A stretch of DNA of 26,641 nt from a virus. Its lineage: Duplodnaviria > Caudoviricetes. The DNA lies in IMG/VR virus record IMGVR_UViG_3300044724_002573, positions 1 to 26,641 of that record; one strand, given 5' to 3'. The notes under the pieces were generated by a model, which worked only from the letters and a program-made list of their open reading frames with translations, was not told where the DNA came from and did not search any database. The stretch's first letter is position 1, and each line of letters starts with the position of its first letter. A program made the position numbers and the translations under genes. Positions 15,851 to 25,173 of this stretch are shown here, one piece after another.

Positions 15851-16066
15851 TTACTTAGTGGGGAACATCTCAGCGAAGGCTTCCTCACGGGACAGACCAC
15901 GCTCTTTCTGCTCTTTCAGCATACGGAAACGCTTGCCTGTCTTACGCTGGTAATCCTCAATGTCCTTGTACTCCTGTATAGTAGGTTCAGGTGTCTTGGC
16001 CTTACTAAGTTCTTTTTTCATCGCCTTCTCGATGAGCTTATCGAGTTGCTTGATAAAGTCTGTCAT
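15851..16066 (-). CDS. hypothetical protein
   Basis: ATGA overlap with the recombinase stop. Confidence 0.7.
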   Translation of the reverse strand: MTDFIKQLDKLIEKAMKKELSKAKTPEPTIQEYKDIEDYQRKTGKRFRMLKEQKERGLSREEAFAEMFPTK

Positions 16067-17037
16067 AGTCCTATCTTCTCCCTTAGTGTCTTGAACTTAT
16101 CGTCAGTCATAAACCCTTCGTTGAATGTCTTGGCTTGGAACTTGGCCTCTTCGCCAAATTGATACCAAGCACCTGACCGTTCTACTATCTTGTCCTTGAC
16201 CAGAAGATCAAGCACTCCATAGTGAGGAGTTAGACCCACATCATATAGTAGTTCAAACTCTGCATCTTGGAAAGGTTTTGTGACCTTGTTCTTTACATTA
16301 GCTATCTTACCACGGATACCTACGACGCTTTTATTATCGTCTTGTATCCTTTCATTCTTAGGTGCGGAGGTCATAAAGTTAAGACCGAGGTAGTATTCAA
16401 GAGATTTACCACCCGCTGCTGGTGTTCTAGGATCACCGTACATCACACCTACCTTGTTACGGATCTGGTTCACAATAACCAGAGCAACTTTATGTTCCCG
16501 TAGGAGTGGGTTGATCTTTCTCAAACAGGCTCCTGTAACCTTTGCACGCATAGCACCAGTCATCTGGTGTGATTCGTAATCGGTCTTCTCCATCTCCTCT
16601 CTGCTAGGTGATACAGCAATACTATCGTAGCCAATAACGATTGGAGTATCCTTATCAATCTCTCTTATCTCTTTGATAAGAGCCTCCATACTTGCGAAGC
16701 AATCTTCTAGCGTAGGTGGTGCAGTATAGATAAGGTTCTGTGGATCAATACCTAGTGTTGAGGCAAACTCTGAGTTGTAAGCATTCTCAGCGTCGATAAG
16801 AACTGTATGATACCCTTGCTTCTGTGCATTGGCAAGTATGTGGGTGACGAATACAGTCTTGGCTGTGGATGCCTCACCATGGAACTGGGTGATCATACCG
16901 ATAGGGATTCCCTTTTGGTAGTCACCGGAACAGATCTTGTTGAGAGCGTAGGACCCTGTTGAGACGAACCCAAGGTCAAGGTTCTGGTCGGAGAGAAGTC
17001 CCGCAGTTTTGAGGGACTTGATTACATCATCGCGCAT
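16063..17037 (-). CDS. recA: RecA/UvsX-like recombinase
   Basis: Motifs STGS..LN, LIDAENA, YDSIA, NQIRNKVGVMYGDP, GGKSL, VKNKV and GAWY. Confidence 0.9.
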   Translation of the reverse strand: MRDDVIKSLKTAGLLSDQNLDLGFVSTGSYALNKICSGDYQKGIPIGMITQFHGEASTAKTVFVTHILANAQKQGYHTVLIDAENAYNSEFASTLGIDPQNLIYTAPPTLEDCFASMEALIKEIREIDKDTPIVIGYDSIAVSPSREEMEKTDYESHQMTGAMRAKVTGACLRKINPLLREHKVALVIVNQIRNKVGVMYGDPRTPAAGGKSLEYYLGLNFMTSAPKNERIQDDNKSVVGIRGKIANVKNKVTKPFQDAEFELLYDVGLTPHYGVLDLLVKDKIVERSGAWYQFGEEAKFQAKTFNEGFMTDDKFKTLREKIGL

Positions 17038-17066
17038 AGTCTATAATAGTTGAAATTTGACTTTTA

Positions 17067-17459
17067 TCAGACTAAATCTCTGAGATCTGGTGCTTGGTAG
17101 TTAGGTCCTTTGAGGATCTTGCCGTCCTGTCTACGGATTGGCTTACCTTCTTCATCAAGCTTACTCATGTTGCTTTCATGCACTCTTTTGAATGCCTCAT
17201 CAAAGTCCCAGCCGAACTCTACGAACATGCCTAGAATAACATAAACTAGGTCACATGCCTCCTTCATAATCTCAGCAGGAGTGTCCGCATTCACTAGCTC
17301 ACGAAACTCCTCGTTGTTGAGATCGAAGCGTAGCTTGATACGATCCGCATCCTCCTTAGTGAGCTTGGTGAAGTCCTCGCTCATAGTAACAGTTCCTCTT
17401 GGCATATCGTATGCTTTGTGGAACTCGTCTACTCTTTTATAATGGATTGATTTTGCCAT
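17067..17459 (-). CDS. MazG-like / PRA-PH family NTP pyrophosphohydrolase
   Basis: Motifs V.EFHKA, EEF.EL, KEACDLVYV, VHESNMSK and DGKILKGPNY. Confidence 0.9.
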   Translation of the reverse strand: MAKSIHYKRVDEFHKAYDMPRGTVTMSEDFTKLTKEDADRIKLRFDLNNEEFRELVNADTPAEIMKEACDLVYVILGMFVEFGWDFDEAFKRVHESNMSKLDEEGKPIRRQDGKILKGPNYQAPDLRDLV

Positions 17460-18424
17460 AATATCTCTTTCACCTTCTGTGCTGACTTGCCATCACCGTA
17501 AGGGCAAGGCTCGTTTATAATAGGATCATTAACCACATCATTGAAGACTCTTTCCAAATCTTTTGGAGATAGGCATAACTTCAAATGATTGACAGCCTCA
17601 GGTCTTTCCGTAACAGTTCTACACACAATACTCTTCTTATTTAAAAAAGTAGCTTCTTCTTGTATACCACCACTATCAGTTATCGTACACAAGCATGTTC
17701 TTAGAAGTTCTATGAGATCAGAATGTTGAAGAGGATCAACAACAGTAACCGACTTCAAAAGATGTCGATGCTTTTGCACATTTGGGTTAGGATGGATCGG
17801 TAGTATAAAATCTATATCAGCGTTTCTTCTAGCCAATCTATCAAGCTCCTCGAACCACTCTGCTATCATGTCATGGTTCTCTCTTCTGTGGAGAGTAACT
17901 AGAACTTTATTATCATAAATTATGTTGTCTTTATACTGGACTATATTGTCCAATACTGTGTTACCTACTACTTCAATGCTACCCAAACACCTTTCGTCTA
18001 GTAACCTACCCTCAGCAAGTTCTGTAGGGCAAAGATGTATAGTAGCAATTCTAGAAATCATCTGCCTGTAGCCTTCTTCTGGGTAAGGGTTCTCAAGATC
18101 ATATGACCTAAGACCAGCCTCTAGATGAATCACTCTTAGTCCTCTATTGAATGCGGCTAGGGCACAGCCAAAAGCAGAAGCAGTATCACCTTGCACTAAC
18201 ACACTGTCAATATCTGGATCATCTGGAAAAGATCCTAGGCAGCTTGAGATCACATCATCTAGTCTGTTACCAGTTGTTGATTTATAACTAGGTGTGTAAT
18301 CGAAGTTTATTTCCTTTACTAAATCCTCATGCTGACCTGTAAACAAAAGCTTGCAGTCTAAGTGAGGCAGAAGAGGTTTAATCTTCAACCACTCAGGTCT
18401 TGTTCCGAAGCAAATTAGAATCAT
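17429..18424 (-). CDS. wecB: UDP-N-acetylglucosamine 2-epimerase (non-hydrolysing)
   Basis: Motifs FGTRPE, TGQH, VQGDT, HLEAGLRS, PYPEE, LHRREN, TDSGGIQEEA and PYGDG. Confidence 0.95.
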   Translation of the reverse strand: MILICFGTRPEWLKIKPLLPHLDCKLLFTGQHEDLVKEINFDYTPSYKSTTGNRLDDVISSCLGSFPDDPDIDSVLVQGDTASAFGCALAAFNRGLRVIHLEAGLRSYDLENPYPEEGYRQMISRIATIHLCPTELAEGRLLDERCLGSIEVVGNTVLDNIVQYKDNIIYDNKVLVTLHRRENHDMIAEWFEELDRLARRNADIDFILPIHPNPNVQKHRHLLKSVTVVDPLQHSDLIELLRTCLCTITDSGGIQEEATFLNKKSIVCRTVTERPEAVNHLKLCLSPKDLERVFNDVVNDPIINEPCPYGDGKSAQKVKEILWQNQSIIKE

Positions 18425-18993
18425 TTATCACACTTCCTTATAACCATGTATCCACATGTAAGACTTCCATTGGATATCTTCTTGTCTGAAGACTCAAATT
18501 TTTTATTGAAGTATTCCTCAAACTCATTAATCTTTAATCCAGGAATATCGAAGGTGACGATTAAGTAACCTCCTACCTTTACCATGCTCAACAGATTTTG
18601 GAAGATATCTACTTGCCCTACTGGGATTTCTTCCAGGGTTGATATGTTAAGAACGAAATCATATTTTTCTAACCATTCTTTTTTTGGACTATGCGTCAGA
18701 TCATAAACTTCTGTGTTTTCTAGTTTAGATTTCTTTTGATCAGTGCTTAATACATTACCTTTTTCAAACATGCACTCCAAGTCTTCCTTAAAAGATACAT
18801 GAATAGATCCCACATCTCTCCAATATTCATTTCCCCAAGAAGTGTTATGTACTAAAGAGCTAGAGTCTGAATACTTTGATAGTAATTCTAAAACAAGAGG
18901 ATATTCATATATTCTAGACCAGTGCCTGTATTTTAAGTTTGATTCTAGGCTAGTTTCTATGGATTTAAATTCTAAAACTTCAAATATATTCAT
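18421..18993 (-). CDS. class I SAM-methyltransferase-like protein (divergent)
   Basis: RIYEYP, YDFVLNISTLEEI and VKVGGYLIVTFD; motif I is degenerate. Confidence 0.6.
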   Translation of the reverse strand: MNIFEVLEFKSIETSLESNLKYRHWSRIYEYPLVLELLSKYSDSSSLVHNTSWGNEYWRDVGSIHVSFKEDLECMFEKGNVLSTDQKKSKLENTEVYDLTHSPKKEWLEKYDFVLNISTLEEIPVGQVDIFQNLLSMVKVGGYLIVTFDIPGLKINEFEEYFNKKFESSDKKISNGSLTCGYMVIRKCDK

Positions 18994-19729
18994 ATAAGTG
19001 GACCTTTGTTAGATTAATTAGATCTTTTATGGAAGCACTGTTTATTTTTTGAAATAGGATATGGTTTTTAGAACCTTGTCCTCCTAGTTCCTTATGCCTT
19101 GTCACTCCTGCATAGTGCATGACCCAGGAGTTTTCTGACGAAACGATATCCCTTCCAGATGATAGGATTCTCCATACTAAGTCATCGTCTTCGCATCTTT
19201 GAGGATGATAATCTTTTAAGTAATATCCTCCTACCTCATCAATCTTTTTGAGCTTTATCAGCCAAGGATGTACCTGTCTAGATTTATTATGTACTTTTTT
19301 AACCCTTCTTCTGGTACAATGCTTTTCAAGATCTTCCACACTGATAATATTTTTAGACAAGAAGATACCGGGCTGTAGAATAATGGCATTGTCCGTATCA
19401 ACCTCTAACAGTGCATTAAACCATTGTTTTGGAAAAAGCATGTCAGCATGTAGTTCAAGGAGAAAATCAAAACCTTGATCTTTAATTTTATTGAACAAGT
19501 TAATTCTTGGGATAACAATTCCTTGATTATCTTGGCTGACGGTTACTTCCTTGTCAATATCCAGTTGCTCTACAAATTCATTAATACCATCGGTTGAGTT
19601 GTTATCCCAATGAAATAACTTTACTTCATGCTCAAAAAGATCTGATTCAAGTAATGAAGAAATGCAGTCTTTAGAGTATTTAAAATCATTGCAGGTGAGC
19701 AACGATATGGCTATTTTAATTTTTCTCAT
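18980..19729 (-). CDS. glycosyltransferase family 2
   Basis: Motifs WDNNSTDG, LHADM, EVGGY and CEDDDLVWR. Confidence 0.85.
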   Translation of the reverse strand: MRKIKIAISLLTCNDFKYSKDCISSLLESDLFEHEVKLFHWDNNSTDGINEFVEQLDIDKEVTVSQDNQGIVIPRINLFNKIKDQGFDFLLELHADMLFPKQWFNALLEVDTDNAIILQPGIFLSKNIISVEDLEKHCTRRRVKKVHNKSRQVHPWLIKLKKIDEVGGYYLKDYHPQRCEDDDLVWRILSSGRDIVSSENSWVMHYAGVTRHKELGGQGSKNHILFQKINSASIKDLINLTKVHLYEYI

Positions 19730-20265
19730 ATCTTGTAAGCCGTAATATGAGGATAAGGTTGTGAATCATAAACCTCTATAACCTTATAACCTAAATCAGT
19801 CCACTCCTCTACCGTCCAAGATGAAATATGTTTTTCATGGGGATTGCCATACGCCTCTCCTTGTGGTTCTTCACCTAAAGGCATACCGAAAATTAGATAC
19901 TTATACTTCTCTTCCAGGGACGGCAGTATACTTAAAAAATCCTCCTTCAACAAATGCTCTGGTCCGTGCCAAAACATTAGGCAATCGGAGTCGGGAAGGC
20001 TACTTACTTCTTTTATATTTAAATTATGTATCTTGTCCTTTGGGCATCCTTTAGATATAGCATCAAGAACATTTAGCTCAAACACTTCTACGATGGACCA
20101 ATCTATGTTATTAGCTTCACATATTTTTATCCACCAATGCCTTCTCGGATCCTGCCAATCATGGAACCCTACATTTACGAATGAATCCAGGTTTCCTGAT
20201 AGATCAGAAAGAATCTGACAAACTGTTTGTTCTCTTTGCGTATAGTTGTGTTCCGGTATAATCAT
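19726..20265 (-). CDS. methyltransferase-fold-like protein (divergent)
   Basis: Motifs VNVG, VEVF, WHGPEHL and YGNPHEKHISSW. Confidence 0.5.
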   Translation of the reverse strand: MIIPEHNYTQREQTVCQILSDLSGNLDSFVNVGFHDWQDPRRHWWIKICEANNIDWSIVEVFELNVLDAISKGCPKDKIHNLNIKEVSSLPDSDCLMFWHGPEHLLKEDFLSILPSLEEKYKYLIFGMPLGEEPQGEAYGNPHEKHISSWTVEEWTDLGYKVIEVYDSQPYPHITAYKI

Positions 20266-20266
20266 A

Positions 20267-20968
20267 TCACCATATGCATGTTTTACTCAATGTGCTTGCT
20301 CCTCTCAAGTAGCCTCTATCCGCTCCTATTCCAAGCTCAACATTGAAAACACTTCCTAAATCTATAATAGTATGATGTGGGTATTTTTCAAATAGTTTCT
20401 TGCATAGAATATTAGCAAAAGGTCCAGCACATATTAAGACAAGCTCATGCTCAGTAGAAGTGGAAAGTTGCTTGTCTAACTTATCATACACATCTGCATT
20501 ATTAATCCAGGCATTAGCTCCTACACTATAACTGTGGTCTACTTTGAATGGTAGTTTATCTGTATTACCCTTAGCTACTATAGTTACATTGTAATTATCA
20601 AATAAAGGGGTGATCTCGTTTCTAAATGCTTTATAGTTTGAATTAACAAATATGTTTGCCCAGGTTAGTTTACCATCGTCCAACCTCGTCTGCTTCTTCA
20701 TACTCTCCGACTTGTCCTTTCCGACACAGCAAGGACAAGCTACACCTACAAAGTAATTTTCCTGATTGTGTGTGAACGAGTCTAGTAAATCTCTTCTGAG
20801 ATGATCTTGACCATCAAAGTTGAATTCTCCTTTCCAAAGGAGATCAATCTTTTTATTATTTAAGATCATCATCTCACCATCCCCAAATCGTGATATAGAA
20901 AATGGAGTCTTCTCGCTGAGAAGCTTTTTAATGTAGTTCAAATCTCCTTTGAAACTATCAGTCAGCAT
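20267..20968 (-). CDS. GT-D fold (DUF1792-like) glycosyltransferase
   Basis: Motifs SISRFGDGE, LICAGP and IDLGSVF. Confidence 0.75.
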   Translation of the reverse strand: MLTDSFKGDLNYIKKLLSEKTPFSISRFGDGEMMILNNKKIDLLWKGEFNFDGQDHLRRDLLDSFTHNQENYFVGVACPCCVGKDKSESMKKQTRLDDGKLTWANIFVNSNYKAFRNEITPLFDNYNVTIVAKGNTDKLPFKVDHSYSVGANAWINNADVYDKLDKQLSTSTEHELVLICAGPFANILCKKLFEKYPHHTIIDLGSVFNVELGIGADRGYLRGASTLSKTCIW

Positions 20969-21689
20969 CTTTAACTAATCTCCATCCATTTCTTCTAAAC
21001 AACTGTACACAATAGTCCCTCTCTCCATAGTGGATATGTATTGGTTTAATTGATCCATTAGAAGAGGCTTTACTGTCATTACCATATTCTGCTTTTTTAG
21101 AACTAGTCATCTCAGGATCTGACTCTGGATGAGGGGGGCAGTATGATCTAACATTTCCATACTTTTGAGCTAGATAAGACAACTGAATATCTTCTGCATT
21201 GTCTAATGTTACAGGTGTCTCTCTCCAAAGATAGTTAAGATGCTCTCTATGTAGGAACCACGCATGACCCACTAGATCAACTTCTACGATCTCATTATTT
21301 TTACTGTGCCATCCCTCTTTTACATTCTGATGGTAGTGATCTCCTATGATACGCACACCTGCTCCTCCTAAGATTCCAGGGCTAACCTTCATGGTATGTA
21401 AGCAGTTTTCAAACCATTTAGCTCCTGGAATAGTATCGTCATCAAAGAAAGCAACATGCTCAGTCTGTGCTAGTAGCCCAATAGCAAACCTAGCGTGATA
21501 CTTACAGTTAGTGTCAGAGATGAACACCTTATCCAGACCGAGAGATTCAAAGTCGTATCCTTTGTTCTCATCAGTGGTGTTGACCCATAACCAGATGGCA
21601 TCAGGCTTTACCGTCTGTGAACGGAGAGCCTTGATCTGTTCTTCCAAATACTCAGGTCTCTTATAACAGTTTAGGATTACAGTAATCAT
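20958..21689 (-). CDS. glycosyltransferase family 2 (GT-A)
   Basis: Motifs VILNCYKRP, FFDDDTIPG and EDIQLS. Confidence 0.85.
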   Translation of the reverse strand: MITVILNCYKRPEYLEEQIKALRSQTVKPDAIWLWVNTTDENKGYDFESLGLDKVFISDTNCKYHARFAIGLLAQTEHVAFFDDDTIPGAKWFENCLHTMKVSPGILGGAGVRIIGDHYHQNVKEGWHSKNNEIVEVDLVGHAWFLHREHLNYLWRETPVTLDNAEDIQLSYLAQKYGNVRSYCPPHPESDPEMTSSKKAEYGNDSKASSNGSIKPIHIHYGERDYCVQLFRRNGWRLVKDAD

Positions 21690-22474
21690 TTCATCATCTC
21701 CATGAACTCATTGAAGACACGATCCTCTTCCCATAACTCTAGAGTATCGTTAGTGGCGCTCTCGGTTCCTCTGTATTCAATGCCTGCTCGTATACACTCA
21801 GCACGAACTCTGCCGAAGGACTCAGGCACTTTGCTTATAGTAGATTGATACACGCAGGATACGCTGTCATAGATCTTCTGTCTATCCTTCTCCATGCCCA
21901 TGTAAATCACATTATCTGACAGGAGAGGTTTAACCTTCGCATTGAAGTAGTTAGTATCATTCACATTACCGTAAATGCGAACCTCTTTACATCCATCATC
22001 TAAAGCTCTTTGAATAGATTCATGAACTCCCTTGATTGGGTTGACGGTCCCTATGACCGCAGCTATACCCTCCTCGGTGTTCTTACTCTTTGTAATCCCT
22101 CTTACAAGATTAGGGATAACCTTGCCGTCCACTCCTTGCCAATCTTTCTGCCTCTGGCTAACATACCTAATCGCATCAGCGCCAGAAATGTTGTGCTGCT
22201 TGACATCAAAGATTGCTGTCTCATGGCAGGAAAGTATTACCTTTCTGCAAGGAGGTCTTTGAGGCATGTCCATGAAGTGAAACAAGAGAACATCATCAGA
22301 CTCTATCCTAATATTCTGTAACATGTCTGCCTTAGAACACTTGTCCAAGTGCCAATCATGAGGACCGTAAAAGGTACAGTCCAGTCCTCTCTCGTTAAAG
22401 AGATCACATAGTTCCATCAGAGAGAAGGTTGAACCACCTTCTGCTGACCATCCACTAGCTATTTTTACTTTCAT
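21686..22474 (-). CDS. GT-B fold glycosyltransferase (GT4-like)
   Basis: Motifs GGST, VIPN, IGTVNPIKG and ESFGRVRAE; start MKVKIASG. Confidence 0.8.
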   Translation of the reverse strand: MKVKIASGWSAEGGSTFSLMELCDLFNERGLDCTFYGPHDWHLDKCSKADMLQNIRIESDDVLLFHFMDMPQRPPCRKVILSCHETAIFDVKQHNISGADAIRYVSQRQKDWQGVDGKVIPNLVRGITKSKNTEEGIAAVIGTVNPIKGVHESIQRALDDGCKEVRIYGNVNDTNYFNAKVKPLLSDNVIYMGMEKDRQKIYDSVSCVYQSTISKVPESFGRVRAECIRAGIEYRGTESATNDTLELWEEDRVFNEFMEMMK

Positions 22475-23639
22475 TGTTTGCTCCAAGTAGTTGCTCGTAG
22501 AGTTCGTATCTAAACTTGACAACCTTGTTGATATCAAAGTATTCATCAGTTATCTTCTTTAGATTCATACCCATCTCCTCACGACCTTTCTTGTCCTTGA
22601 TCACCTTAGTCATGATACGAACCCACTCAGACTTAGGATTGGACTTGTCTATGAGATAGCCTGTCTCTCCATTACGGATAGTCTCATCATAGCAACCGCA
22701 GTTAGTTGCGACAAGAGGAATACCATAACGACCACACTCAGCTACTTTGATCTCACTCTTACTGTCGTTGAAGTTATTAAACTGTAGAGGGGCGATAGCT
22801 ACATCCATGTTAGTGTAGAACTGACCATACCTATCTGGTCCCATGGCTGGTCGTACAGCCCAGTTCTTAGAGCCTCTCATACCGCTTACAAGCATCCTCT
22901 GGTAGTTGTCCCAGACATCCTGCTGCCAGTCCTTCTTTCCGTCCTGTGGCATTGGAGGGCGTCCATAGAAGTCCCACCACACACGCTCACGACCAGCCTT
23001 TTGATTGACCAGCCATGGAATACCTACGAACTCTTTAAGATCTTGCTCATGGTGAATACCGCCTACCCAACCAACACGGCAAAGGTTCTTTCTTTGAGGT
23101 AGTATCTTTGCCATATTCCAGCAAGGTAGATCATAATCAATTGCATTCTTTACAACAGCTAATGTAGTATTCTCACCACAGAAAGGATGAACCCTCTCTG
23201 CGAACTTCTTCTGTGTAACAGTTACAAGGTCAGAGTTGTTATAGATGAACTTAGTTATATCACTAAGACCTTTCTCTTGATATACTTTCTCTAGTCGGTG
23301 ACCTGCATAAACATCAGTTAGAAGATCATCAGTATCGTAATGCATGAACTTTCCAAACTTCTTAGCCATACCTACGATACGAGCAGTGTAAGGTCCACCG
23401 AAGTTAGAAAGATTCTGGGTGAAGATAATGTCAGCCCACTTCATGTCCTCGAACTGCCAGTCTTCTTTCCATTGACCAGCCTTAGGCCCTTCTTCCTCTA
23501 TACCGAGAGGATTCTTGTTGAACCTAATCTCTACATCATCACCGTGATGTTGAGCCATCTTGTTGAAGGGGAGCCAAGCTCTATAATACGCACATCCGCC
23601 ATCATTAGCGGGAACAACAAGTATCTTTAGTTTACTCAT
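22455..23639 (-). CDS. GT-B fold glycosyltransferase (GT4-like)
   Basis: Motifs GGCAYYR, YDTDDLL, VGWVGG..H, DVAIAPL..FN..KSEIK..E and NGETGYL. Confidence 0.85.
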   Translation of the reverse strand: MSKLKILVVPANDGGCAYYRAWLPFNKMAQHHGDDVEIRFNKNPLGIEEEGPKAGQWKEDWQFEDMKWADIIFTQNLSNFGGPYTARIVGMAKKFGKFMHYDTDDLLTDVYAGHRLEKVYQEKGLSDITKFIYNNSDLVTVTQKKFAERVHPFCGENTTLAVVKNAIDYDLPCWNMAKILPQRKNLCRVGWVGGIHHEQDLKEFVGIPWLVNQKAGRERVWWDFYGRPPMPQDGKKDWQQDVWDNYQRMLVSGMRGSKNWAVRPAMGPDRYGQFYTNMDVAIAPLQFNNFNDSKSEIKVAECGRYGIPLVATNCGCYDETIRNGETGYLIDKSNPKSEWVRIMTKVIKDKKGREEMGMNLKKITDEYFDINKVVKFRYELYEQLLGANNESKNS

Positions 23640-23646
23640 AATAAGA

Positions 23647-23672
23647 AGAGAGGTGGCTTTCACCACCTCTCT
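23647..23672 (-). promoter_or_regulatory. 10-bp hairpin between a TATAAT box (23673-23678) and the start of the GT operon
   Basis: AGAGAGGTGG-TGAAAG-CCACCTCTCT. Confidence 0.6.
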
Positions 23673-23733
23673 ATTATAGTGCAAGTCTGAGTTTTTTAAA
23701 GCGCCCGTCTAACGCTTTTTTCGAGTTTCTAGA

Positions 23734-23812
23734 CTGTCTACTTCGCTGCCCGACAGGATCCCCTAGAACACTCTAGTAGGATCACCTCCTTCGTCGGGAT
23801 TGGCTCAGACAG
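23734..23812. ncRNA. candidate structured ncRNA containing a 13-nt 16S rRNA 3'-end match
   Basis: Four nested stems; GGATCACCTCCTT at 23779-23791. Confidence 0.55.
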
Positions 23813-23821
23813 CATCAAACA

Positions 23822-24379
23822 TCATGCAACAGGTTCTTCGGGTACTTCTTCGTACTCCCACTCAGAATCATCTTCAGCAGCAATCTTAGATGCCTCAGAT
23901 GAGTGTGATAGGCCAAGACCAGCACCAATAGCTTTTACAGTGCCCACAAGATCAACAGAGGTGTCTCCTTTGTGAGGTACAAGAGCTTTGGCTGCCTTGA
24001 CATAATGCTTGCGCTTACGCTGAGAGAAGAGTGTGACAACACCTTCCCATGCAGCAAGGCCAGGGAGGAAGGTACTAGCAATACCAAACCCTGCGTCGAT
24101 CATGGCACCAAGATCCTCACCGCTAGGAGCAGCAGGGATATAAGCAGCATCTTCTTTAAGTTGCTCCTTATCTGCCATTACGACAGTTGTGCCTTCAGGA
24201 ACTTTAGCCTTGATCTCTTCAGGAAGCTGCTCCCATGGGATGACAGCACCTTGTTGACCTTCGGCAAGTTGATCAGCGGTGGTAAAGACAGTACCCTCGC
24301 CTAGGAATTCCTCAAGCATAGCGCAAGATGCAACACCAAACGCTAGGACTGAGGCTGCGATTACATTGATTAGTTTCAT
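23822..24379 (-). CDS. lipoprotein
   Basis: MKLINVIAASVLAFGVASC lipobox. Confidence 0.8.
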   Translation of the reverse strand: MKLINVIAASVLAFGVASCAMLEEFLGEGTVFTTADQLAEGQQGAVIPWEQLPEEIKAKVPEGTTVVMADKEQLKEDAAYIPAAPSGEDLGAMIDAGFGIASTFLPGLAAWEGVVTLFSQRKRKHYVKAAKALVPHKGDTSVDLVGTVKAIGAGLGLSHSSEASKIAAEDDSEWEYEEVPEEPVA

Positions 24380-25149
24380 GACAATAGCCTCTTAGTAAAA
24401 TCATCATCGGAACCCGCATCCGAATCATCTTCTTGAAGAGTGCGTTCCCGTGGCTGTAGTTCAGGCCGCAGGTTGAGAACTGCCTCTTTCACATCATCGT
24501 ACTCTTCAAGCTTCACAAGGGAGTGAATATCGTGAAGAGACTCCATCACCTCTGAGATCATCTTCTTGCTGCCAAGCGGAGTTGCCTTAGGACGGAACAT
24601 GGATTGATCGTACTTGGGCCATTGACCTTCCTTCTTCATGTGAAGCTTGAAGTCGTGGCCGATCTCGGTATCAAGGATACCATTCTCAGACTGCTCGAAA
24701 AGATCAGCGTAGTCGGGATCCATCATAGTCTCGACAATCTTCTGGAACAGGATAACGCCAATGGAGAAGATCTTGACCTCCTCGTTCTCACGATCATAGG
24801 CGTTCAGGTAGTAGCGAGCACGGGGCTTGATCTGGCGAGCAAGATCCTCGTCCTCCTTGGAACCAGTCTTCCACAAGGCGTAGTAAAGATCACAGAGAGG
24901 GCATTTCTCTCCATGCACCTTGCGGCAGTGTACATTCTTCACCGAACCATCAGGCTGAGGGACACGGTGGATTTTAGTCTCTGCGTAGAAGTTCTTGTCA
25001 GAATCAGCAGAGGCGGGAAGGATGCGAAGATAAGCCTCGCCCTCCTTTACTTGGTAGAACTTGTTCAGGAAGTCCTGATCTCCACCAGCGGCTTTAGGGT
25101 TGGTAAGTTGTTGGTGCTTCTGACGAAGCGCGTTTAGGTCAATAGCCAT
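24376..25149 (-). CDS. gp32-like single-stranded DNA-binding protein
   Basis: LRILP, H...C.....CPLC zinc site, GHDFKL, YDQS.F and an acidic C-terminal tail. Confidence 0.85.
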   Translation of the reverse strand: MAIDLNALRQKHQQLTNPKAAGGDQDFLNKFYQVKEGEAYLRILPASADSDKNFYAETKIHRVPQPDGSVKNVHCRKVHGEKCPLCDLYYALWKTGSKEDEDLARQIKPRARYYLNAYDRENEEVKIFSIGVILFQKIVETMMDPDYADLFEQSENGILDTEIGHDFKLHMKKEGQWPKYDQSMFRPKATPLGSKKMISEVMESLHDIHSLVKLEEYDDVKEAVLNLRPELQPRERTLQEDDSDAGSDDDFTKRLLS

Positions 25150-25173
25150 AGTTAGTTTTCCTTATATAGTAGT

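Noticed and set aside
16063-17037. Intein or intron in RecA
   Set aside because: Length is normal and motifs are contiguous, with no splicing motifs seen.
23779-23791. 16S rRNA gene fragment or contamination
   Set aside because: Only 13 nt match. The flanks do not resemble 16S helix 45 or an ITS and form their own stems.
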